From Antedon mediterranea (taxonomy: Eukaryota > Animalia > Echinodermata), in NCBI RefSeq assembly GCF_964355755.1, contig NC_092674.1, positions 2,418,001 to 2,482,000 on the forward strand: a DNA stretch of 64,000 nt, in the 5' to 3' direction. How positions within the stretch are numbered: the first letter of the stretch is position 1; each line of letters starts with the position of its first letter. The notes under the pieces are model-generated. The model did no database searches. It saw nothing but the letters and a program-made list of their open reading frames with translations, and was not told where the DNA came from. Of this stretch, positions 41,323-51,032 are shown piece by piece. A program made the position numbers and the translations under genes.

Positions 41323-41949
41323 GTACGTCAATATTGCACTATTATTATGTAATTTAAGTGAATTTTAGTTTGTTTTTGTAATAAAAAATGTAATAGATCC
41401 GTTATAACTTTTGTTTGAAGATAAACATCCGACTATGGAGACATTTTCCAGGCTAGGCTCTTTCACTACTTTCCAAAATCAAATCAATTAGCCTAGCTAC
41501 CCTACTAAAAGGGCTAGATTAGGGGGCCAGGGTCCGGGAATGCAGGCCTAGGCGTGCCTAGACTAACTACTATCTAGTTTAGAAGCGCCTAATAATATAG
41601 GACCTAAAGGGGCCTAGCAAGGTAGGCCTATACTAGGGGCCTAGGCTAGTTATACATCTACCAGCCACCAGGCCAGGCCTTATAAACTTATCATGATACT
41701 GTATTAAAATTTTGTTTTTTAAAAGTTTAAAATAAATATAGCCTTAGTTAGGCCCTTTATAGGCCTAGTTAGTAGGCTTAATAATATTATTAGGCTCATG
41801 TATTGTTTGAAGGTTTGCATGGCGAAATCAAATGTTGATATTTAGTTCTGAATGAAAAGAACTGTTGAGTTTCTCGACGTTTTGATCAATATGCTTTGAT
41901 CGTCCTCAAGAGTGAGAAGAAGAAAAATATGGCTATGCACACTTTAGGC

Positions 41950-42919
41950 TAGTCTGGGTTCCAGACGGAGTTTTGTCTTAATATTAGTAAAAAGATAAAT
42001 ATTTTGGCACATATGGCGTTTCATACGTATACTACTTGATTTTGGATACTCCGTCTGGGGAAACACGCACAAGTCACGTGGTTTGACACCAAGAATTCTT
42101 GGTGCATACGATTATCCGGTTGACTAGTTTCAGCTGCATGCGATTGGCTACTCACTCGTACACCGTTTTAATATTCATATTTCAGAATTTCAAAGACTCC
42201 AACAACTAAGATGATGCGCATACGCTATGTTACGTTTAGACAATGTGTACTTGGCCCTTGGGTACATTTATGAAAGTTTCTGAAGGCTAGACATTATTTT
42301 ATATGCCTAGTAGTCTGGTAAACATTTGATGGGATTTTTCCCAAGAACATGAAAACTCGTTTTGATATGATAGGCTAGCTTCTCCGCAAATCAAACATTG
42401 AATGGATCATTTATTACGCGGAGATAATTTTGATTTTATTCCCACCCAGACCCTGTCCTGTTCTGTGTGGTGGTGTAGCCCTGTTGTTGTGTGCCGCCGG
42501 TGGTAGTATGTAGGCCTACTTTATTGGTGTTTTATTTGGCAGGTCATACGTGCGAATTGAGTAGGACCTACGAAAGAGGCCTAGGCCAAGGACTAAACAA
42601 TTAATAAACAAAACAACTTGGCATTACGATTTTATATTTCAACAGTCTCGATCGTACATTCAGCACTGTCGTACCTACTCGATCTTTTTCATTTTGAAAC
42701 AAAATGATCATTGGCTGATTCGAAATCCATATTTACATACCGCCCGCCCCATATAGCCAAATACGGTATGATAAACTACGTCATTCTTATCCGATGTTTG
42801 CGGTCTGCAAATCGATTTCTATACGTGTTTCACAAGTCTGTATTTTCAGACAAAAATCGCGGTCGAAATAAAAAAAAAAAAATAAAAAAAAAAGATAATA
42901 CAGACTTGGGGCAAGTCTA
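41950..42919. mobile_element. Non-autonomous Academ(H)-like DNA element in FIS1 intron 1
   Basis: 5'-TAG...CTA-3' termini, each with a short hairpin (GTCTGG..CCAGAC; AGACTT..AAGTCT); exact 9-bp TSD ACTTTAGGC at 41941-41949 and 42920-42928; related fragment at about 2034-2190. Confidence 0.7.
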
Positions 42920-43016
42920 ACTTTAGGCCAATAATTGCTCTGATTGGAGTAGTCTTGTTAAATGTGCTAGGCCTATGTCGCATGTATATTATTAATATTA
43001 TTAATTAATACTACAG

Positions 43017-43226
43017 AAATGTGAGGCTGTGTATAATGCTGAGTTATCAAAGGGAGTCGTCACAACTACATCACAATTTCAATATGCGTGGTGCTTAGTT
43101 CGTAGCAAATATGCAAATGACATGAAAAAAGGCGTTGCCTTATTGGAAGAGCTGAGCCATGCTGGGCATCCCCAGTTAAAGCGTGATTGTTACTACTACC
43201 TTGCAATAGGAAACTACAGGTTAAAG
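43017..43226 (+). CDS. FIS1: Mitochondrial fission 1 protein, coding exon 2 (TPR helices)
   Basis: CTACAG acceptor; KCEAVYNAELSKG...QFQYAWCLVRSKY...RDCYYYLAIGNYRLK; GT donor, phase 0. Confidence 0.95.
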
Positions 43227-44108
43227 GTCAGCAATGCACTTTAATTTTTTTAAATATGTGCTAAATTATTATTATTGGTGCTCTATCTATATTATAGATA
43301 TATATTATCATATTATAGGCAAATTATGGGTCATTTCGGCCGCTGTTTATCAATGCTTAAACTTTATTTTTACTCACCAATGTCTTTATTGAGTACAAGG
43401 GTTACAGTAGGTCGGTTTACTAACTATCGTCCTTTCCCAGGCCTTGAGGGATGTGTGTTTTTTTTGGTAGGTAAAGTATGGGGCCGAAATAAACAGAGGT
43501 TGATATGCACTAGATGACCAAATTATGTAATGCCGTGTCACACGGTATCATAGGCCATACGCATTATAACTAAACCCAACACAATACAGGTACCACATAC
43601 CAGGGAGTTGTAAACCCCCCTGCACATACTAATGACAATGTATTACATTACAATACTTACTTTATTTTCATATGTGGACATGTGGTGCAGAGATTCAGGT
43701 GGATTCATAGAATACAACTAGGAATTTCTGTGATGTGTCATTTTTATACAATAGCCCTGCAATATATAAATTTCACTTAAATTTTTAAAAATTGTTATTA
43801 TTTTCAAATAGAATACACACAATAAGGACAAATATTTTCACCTACCCATGTCCGGTTTTGCACAATGACAGTTACACGCCATGCATGTGTTCATGTGCGA
43901 CACATTATAACATTTAAATTGTGTGTAAAATCGCTATTACACACATATACATAATAGATACAAATATTGTAAATTGTTAACATATTTTACTGTATTTAAT
44001 TATAACTTTTTCAAGGAATTCAATGAAATATACAATCATAATCAATGAGAAAAAATATCCTAAATTGACATTTTTTATTGTATTTAATTATATAACCTTT
44101 TTTTCCAG

Positions 44109-44214
44109 GAATACACACAAGCATTGAAATATGTTAGGAAAGTTAAAGAAATGGAACCGTCAAATAGACAAGCAATAGACTTAGAATCTCTTATAAAGAA
44201 AAAGATGAATCAAG
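44109..44214 (+). CDS. FIS1: Mitochondrial fission 1 protein, coding exon 3
   Basis: TTTTCCAG acceptor; EYTQALKYVRKVKEMEPSNRQAIDLESLIKKKMNQ; phase-1 GTAAAA donor. Confidence 0.95.
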
Positions 44215-45062
44215 GTAAAATTAGATACAGTTGACTCCCCTAATAACAGACTTTTGGAGGGCAAAAATTCTTGTTTACCATTAAAAACACATGCCGAATA
44301 CCAGACTTTCTGGCCAGCAAAAAGGCGTTTAGTATTGGGGGAGTTGACTCTATTAGTAATCATGAAGGAGGAGGGTCGGGGGAGAGTTAGGGTGAGAGGG
44401 TTTGGAGGACATTATCTTTAGTTCAGCACTTTTACTGTTTTTTAAAGGAGGCAGACTTAATTATGTATTATTATGTGGTAATTATTTTATAAAAGACAAT
44501 GATTGTCATAAAAGATATCAAATTACAGAAAACCAACCAATTACAGTTCATACAGTTTACTCAGTCTTAGCTTGAAATAATCTGTCTCGTTTTTGAATTA
44601 TTATCTTTAAAAAATGTTAGTGACAAACTTGATTGAAAATTAATGGTTAACCACCGTCTACCAGACAGGTGGATGGAGAAGTAATAATGGAAAAACACCA
44701 ATTGTTAATAGTGCACTAGAGTACCTTCATTTACAATGACTCAACATGGTGGTATAAAAACAAAGAGTACCACTTCTCATTATGAACTCTTAGAAAAAGC
44801 CACAAAACTGTTTCAGCCTTTTGTTTTCCAACAAAATATGGGTGGTTATTGAAATCATTGGCTGGTGCCATATACACAGTGTTGTGGTTCAGTTACCACT
44901 ATTGTTAGCTCAGTGGGATGTAAAGAGCAGGAAGAGTCCTTTAACATAAGAAAACCAACATACAAGGCTGTTGAAAACACATTAGCATTGGGAAATAAAA
45001 CTGTTAAAGAGATCACGTTAACTGCGCAGTTACTGCAGTACAGTCAATGCTCCAAAGTGCCT

Positions 45063-45226
45063 TAAGCTCTGTTTACATTATAAAAATTTATGTGATAAAA
45101 AAAATGTGATGTGCCCATATATGGACATGATGATGTCATATCACTACCATATTTGGGCATATCACTACTATATTTGGGCACATCACACTTATTTTGTCAA
45201 ACTATTAAGAAAGTGTAGACAGAGCT
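45063..45226. mobile_element. MITE family A copy (FIS1 intron 3)
   Basis: AAGCTCTGTTTACA...GTGTAGACAGAGCTT. Confidence 0.7.
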
Positions 45227-45589
45227 TTAGAGATCATTTTAAAATTATTATTATTCTACTGTGCAGTTACTTCAGAACAGTCGATGCTCCCAATGCCGGT
45301 CTCTCTTAAAACTGGAAACTCTCCCCAGAATTTTATCTAGGTCCATATGGGCCCAAATTCATTTTTACCATTAAAAACACATTTTGAATACAAGACTTTC
45401 CAGAAAACCTTCGAAGAGATTGACACTGAATAAGCAGTATGTATGATGAAAAAAAAACAACCCTGCTAAATAATTATTACATATTAAAGAGATTAAAAGT
45501 GTAAGCAAAATGTTATTACTGCAGTAACTGCAGTAGATTCTTCTTCAAATTATTCATACAATGATTTGTATTAATGTTTAATATTGCAG

Positions 45590-45678
45590 AAGGACTTGTA
45601 GGGATGGCTATTGTAGGAGGTGCAGCTTTAGCTATTAGTGGCCTCATAGGAGCTGGCATTGCACTATCAAAGAAATAA
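45590..45678 (+). CDS. FIS1: Mitochondrial fission 1 protein, coding exon 4 (tail-anchor TM)
   Basis: (E)GLVGMAIVGGAALAISGLIGAGIALSKK*; joined CDS is 450 nt, 149 aa. Confidence 0.95.
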
Positions 45679-45933
45679 TATTTGCGGTTAAAACGAAAAG
45701 GAAGGGGACAAGTCTTTAAGATAACTTCAGGGTGTTGGTCGCTAATTAGGGTCTTGTTGTCTGCTTTTATATTGTCTTGATCATTTTATGGAAACAACTT
45801 GGATTGCTTACTGTAATGGACCAAGGTAAATGTTAGTATAAATACAGCGGCAACATTTTTTGTAAATAAAATCTTCAAAAATTATTTTGTTGTAGATCCA
45901 TATATGTTAACAATAACTTGGTTGTTGTTTCTA

Positions 45934-46080
45934 AAGCTTTTTCTACACTAAAAGTGTGATGTGCCCAAATATGGTGGTGATATGCCCACATATGGTAGTG
46001 ATATGACATCATTATGTCCATTATATGGGCACACATCACATTTTTCTGTCACATAAAGTTTGATAGTGTAGACAGGGCTT
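45934..46080. mobile_element. MITE family A copy (probably in FIS1 3' UTR)
   Basis: AAGCTTTTCTACAC...TTTGATAGTGTAGACAGGGCTT. Confidence 0.7.
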
Positions 46081-46868
46081 AATAAAAACTTGGGAGTTAT
46101 TTTTGTATAAGTGTCATTTTGTCCTATGAATATTCATGAGATATATATGTTCCTTTTATCATTGTCATGTATTTGTCACTCATATAGTTTTCACTAATTT
46201 CCTTGTAAGAGGAATGTGGTATAGTGATTACTAGAAACTAGAGTGATCAAGCCATTTATGGCATTTAGTTTTTTCATGAGGTATGGCTAAATGCGATAGA
46301 GTAAACAAACCGTATAAGGAACAAAGTCCATTTTATATATTATATCATATTTGTGGAATTATTATTTCCACCAATTTGCTTACTATCTTTTGTTTAAGTG
46401 ATTGTATATAAATAATCATGTATTACTAATTAGAGAAACATTTAATATTCAGAAATAAAAAGTTATATTTGATTTATTGTATAAGTTGTGGAAATGTAAT
46501 TTTATTTAAACATGCTTTAATGTCAAGGTCATCATATTGAATACAATTGAATATGATAAACAACATTTGTTTTTTTTTATTATGTCTTGCTTTAAAACAA
46601 ATACATTCAGTTTGATAGATAAATACAGTGTTCCCCTAAAGTTTGACAAAAAAATATGATGTGCCCATATATGGAAATAATGATGTCATATCAATATTAT
46701 ATTTAGACATAGGCACATCATACTTTTTTGCCAAACTTGTTTGAATATAGTGTAGATGCAAAGCTTAAGAACAATAATATAGGTGGCGCTATAACAAAAT
46801 ATATTGTCATCAGAGTTTGATGGGTGTGAAATAAGTTGATTCATATTAGGTAATAATACAGTAATCAA

Positions 46869-48260
46869 TTTACATATTTCTCGTAAATTAAATGACCATA
46901 TACAAATTGAGAATGTTTTAAAAAAAGGTCAAAGATTAATAGCGTACGTTAAATCAATTATCAGTAGCTTTGATAACTTTAACAGAGTATATTATGGGGA
47001 TACTCTGTGGAGATCGATAGTTCTCCCATCTATCAACTATGGTTGTTCAGTATGGTGCTCTTTAAGTAGAATAGATATAGATAAACTAGAGCGTCTCCAG
47101 CTCCAAATGGCACGTTATATCTTAAAAGCACCTCGAAATACACCTTGTGCCGCCTTATATGGAGAGCTTGGTTGGTCTCCAATTAACGAGATTCATAACG
47201 CTCTTCGTATTAAATACTTCCATAGAATTATAAAGATGGAAAACTATCGATGGCCAAAAATTATGTTTATTGGAATGCTACAACTTAATTGTGAATTTAA
47301 AGACTTAAGGTATAAGTTTCTATCTTGTATAAACGATATTCTCTTGAAGTGTAATTGTGAATCCAAAAATATTTTCACCACTCTCTCAAATTATAAAGAA
47401 GTCTACTTTCCAATTTCTGAAATCTTAAGAAAACTTAACTATATAATGATAGATGAATGGAGAATTGAATTACAAAATAAATCAAGTCTCCACATCTATG
47501 AAACATTAAAATCAAAACCTGGACTTGAAAATTACTTAATTGATAAAACTAATTTTGAAGGTGCTGCATTAAAATTTAAAGCTCGTTCAAATACTCTACC
47601 TTTGAATGATAGAACTGCAAATTGGAATATTGATAATAATAAAAAATGTAAATTGTGCGGTACAAATTTGGACGAAGACATCCATCATTTCATCCTTAAT
47701 TGTCCAGCTTTAAATAATATACGTAATCAGGAATTATTTAATTTATATGTGGATATGTATAGAAATGGCAGCAAAGATATGTTTGATACTTTTTATACTT
47801 CAATCTCCTGAAAATGACAAACTTAAATATATTTTGGGATACTCAGATAATTTAATTGATGAAGAGTGTGAAAATATTTTGGATAGTTTTTGTAAAAGAT
47901 ACCTAAAACAAGCATGGCAATACATTGCTACATTAAGTAAATTGAAAAAAAGTGGGGGTGGGGGGGGGGGGGGGGGGGAGGAGTTGGGGGTTTTTCGTAA
48001 TAAGCTGTGTTTATCAGTTGATTTTATTTTATTTTATACACTTTTACTATATCTTGTTTTGTATTCATTGTGTAAAGTAATGATCTACTGTATGTATCGA
48101 TGTAAATTGGGGGGGGGGGGGGGGTAGGATAGGGGTTGATAGTTGCTTTTGCCTTTTTTTACTTTTCTGTTAATTCTGTTATATTTTATATTGTGAAGGA
48201 TGCACCTTTGTGCTAAGTGTGCCACCGATCTAAAGGTGTAGTTCCAAATAAATAAATAAA
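46869..48260 (+). mobile_element. 5'-truncated RTE-X-like LINE (post-RT region and CCHC zinc knuckle)
   Basis: Frame open from about 46870 (IVLPSINYGCSVW...ALYGELGW...CKLC..EDIHHFILNCP), frameshift near 47800, G-rich 3' UTR, (AATA)n tail, possible AATCAA TSD. Confidence 0.8.
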
Positions 48261-48731
48261 TCAACGGTGTCCATATAAAATACATAAAAATAAATCTAAA
48301 TACACTAATTAATCTGTTATTTATTGATTAAAAGATATTGTTGCTATACTGACATTTTGCATTTTGTTAATACTGCCCTCTATAGTTAAGTTTCACAAGT
48401 ACACTCTACTACAACAAGGAAGAAAAGAAAATAAGCCAACGTGTTCTTAGTTAATATTTTGTTTATACAGGTACGTACACCAATTGTTCTTCCCCTCCCG
48501 TCCCCTTGCCCTCCGTGTGTGACGGAACCAGCTGTATCGTGATTATCGAGGTGAAGTATGGAAGATAAATATCATTTATTCTTGCATTAGCTTTCAAATA
48601 GTCGTATAGCGTAGGTCTTTGTAGTACTACTAGTAGTAGGCCTACTACTGACTCAGGCTCAGCCAGCAGAGGTCAGAATACATTACACATGTCTGTGTGT
48701 GCTGTGTGCACCTGTATATTTGCATATATAA

Positions 48732-49316
48732 TGTAATATAAAGATATACTTTTATATTTAAGAAATTGACCTTTGTATCGGAATTTAAATAGGTTCACAA
48801 ACTTGACCCAGAAAGTCCGAAGGAGAGTTTGTCCAGATGTTTTAATGACCATTTAGTTTATAATAGAATCCCTAAAGAAAACACTTAGCTTAATTTTGTG
48901 ACTTTCCCATCGTTAAAACCAGGAGTGATCGACACTATTTAAGTACAGATTTGACAGTGTCATCCATCACAGAAATACCTTATGACACCGTTAATCACTC
49001 CCACTTAAACACCCCTGGATCAACTTAGGACCAATCGTTACCCTCACAGATGATGTAATGACATTATGCAAATGAACTGAGCCAATATACCCCCAGGTTT
49101 CAGAAGGGCCCAGACACACCTTACAACCACTTCTCCAGAAGCAGACCTACACACACCACACCTCACCGACAGCATCATTGATTGTCCGTTCCTTATCTAT
49201 ACTTATAGTTGTATATTGTACTGAAGTATTATACTGAATAAATAATATATGTGTTACGACAGTCAAGCGAGTCAGAGTCCTTCATTAGTACCTCAACAAC
49301 CCAACATTATATTACA
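48732..49316 (+). repeat. 5' LTR
   Basis: 585 bp; 10-bp terminal inverted repeat TGTAATATAA/TTATATTACA; CCAAT boxes; octamer ATGCAAAT at 49066-49073; AATAAA at 49237. Confidence 0.97.
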
Positions 49317-49440
49317 TAGTGGAAGACCCGAATTTCATAAGGAACGGAGTGAGAAAACAAGAAATAAACACTTAACAAGACACGAAGACGAAGACAAAAA
49401 TAACCATATTTGTTTGAAAGGAGAGAAATTTACTTTGACT

Positions 49441-49645
49441 CAAAAGACAAGCTGAAATTATATTTGAATGAGATCGAGACAAGCAGAAATTTGATCAAAT
49501 TATTACCATTGGATGAAGACAAAAAAGATAATCGAGGAAGACACAAAAGACAAGCTGAAATTATATTTGAATGAAATCGAGACAAGCAGAAATTTTATGA
49601 AATTATAACCATTGGATAAAGACAAAGAAGATAATCGAGGAAGAC
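49441..49645 (+). repeat. Two ~103-bp direct repeats in the retrotransposon 5' leader
   Basis: CAAAAGACAAGCTGAAATTATATTTGAATGA...GATAATCGAGGAAGAC at 49441 and 49544; a second ~52-bp duplication at about 49750-49855. Confidence 0.85.
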
Positions 49646-50031
49646 CCAAGAAGAATCAAAACAGAAGCAAGCGGACAAGAACTGTTTCGTTTAGAGACTT
49701 TCAACTTCACGCCGTTTTTTTTTCGATCGTTTTTTTTAACATTTACCTTTTTTGAACATTGATGAACACCTATCGCATTTTTTTTAATTCGTTGTTTGAA
49801 AATTTGAACATTGATGAGCACCTTTAACATTTCTTTAATTCGTTGTTTGAACATTTAGACATTTTTGAACACTTTTTGCATTCCTTTAATTCATTTTTAA
49901 TTGGATCCGAAGCATTTGGGGTAAGTCAAAACCATTTTGATTTTGATTTGTAACCTTGATTGAAAAAGTGAGAGTTTACATATATATACACTAAATTGTT
50001 TTGATATTTTGATTAATTAATATTATAAAGT

Positions 50032-50997
50032 ATGGTCGACGTTGTTGATAACGAAGTAATTTTAAATGAGCCCGCCAATCCTCACCCCGTGCCCCACCTA
50101 AGACAAACCGATTTCCTTCCCAAAAGATATGACGGTTCCATAACCGATCACGACCAATGTAGTGCACATTACTTATCGTTTACCGACTACCTTGAGGCCC
50201 ACACGTTAGAAAACCCTGTAAACAATGCCCAATTAATTAATGTAATAAGTATTTTTAAACGTAGCCTTCAGGGCCAAGCTAGACTCTGGATTGAGGGAAA
50301 GCAGTTCGATTCACTAGAATCCTTAAAAACCCAATTCATCAACAGGTTTAGTAAAAACAAATCAATCTATGCGCACATAAGAGAATACGATTCAATTACA
50401 TACACCACTGGCGACAACGCCGAAAAGCACTTAACCAAAATCAAACAAGCCGCAGACAGAATTGGATACGCTGACCAGCAGATAAAGAATAAATTTATTT
50501 CGACCCTTCCACCAAAATGTAGAGCAGCTGTAGCCATGTCCACCCCAATCGATGCCACTATTGAAAATATTGTAAATAGCACACAAAATTACCTTGACCT
50601 TTCCGTAGATGATGCCACACGGGAAGTTTCATTCAATATCAATAAGGAAACAGATAGGCCTAATAGTCTCGAATCGCTCCAACATGAGATAAATTCTCTC
50701 AAGTTAGACATGGCCACAACAAAACGATCCCTTAATGATGATACTCGACGCTCACGTTCCCCCACCCGAAATTATATCCCAAGACGAAACCGAAGCCCAA
50801 GCCCATACAAACCCCGATTCCAGACCCCACCGACCCCAAGATATAGACAACCTCCCCCAACCTGTTATTACTGCGGGAAACCAGGCCACATAGCAAGGCA
50901 CTGCCGACAACAAAACCGCTCTTACGGAAACTATCCCCCGCCATACCCATACCAACAGTCAAACAATTACTACCCTAGCCACCAGCAGGATTTTTAA
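50032..50997 (+). CDS. gag: Gag (capsid-like region, RS-rich segment, CCHC knuckle)
   Basis: 321 aa; LQGQARLWIE capsid-like helix; CYYCGKPGHIARHC knuckle. Confidence 0.93.
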   Translation: MVDVVDNEVILNEPANPHPVPHLRQTDFLPKRYDGSITDHDQCSAHYLSFTDYLEAHTLENPVNNAQLINVISIFKRSLQGQARLWIEGKQFDSLESLKTQFINRFSKNKSIYAHIREYDSITYTTGDNAEKHLTKIKQAADRIGYADQQIKNKFISTLPPKCRAAVAMSTPIDATIENIVNSTQNYLDLSVDDATREVSFNINKETDRPNSLESLQHEINSLKLDMATTKRSLNDDTRRSRSPTRNYIPRRNRSPSPYKPRFQTPPTPRYRQPPPTCYYCGKPGHIARHCRQQNRSYGNYPPPYPYQQSNNYYPSHQQDF

Positions 50998-51032
50998 AAA
51001 GGGGACTAGATGCCGCCTATAATCTGGCCCCC
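50988..51032 (+). promoter_or_regulatory. -1 programmed ribosomal frameshift signal
   Basis: Slippery G_GAT_TTT directly before the gag stop, 6-nt spacer, then stem GGGGACTAGAT...ATCTGGCCCCC; pol lies in the -1 frame and is open from this site. Confidence 0.8.
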
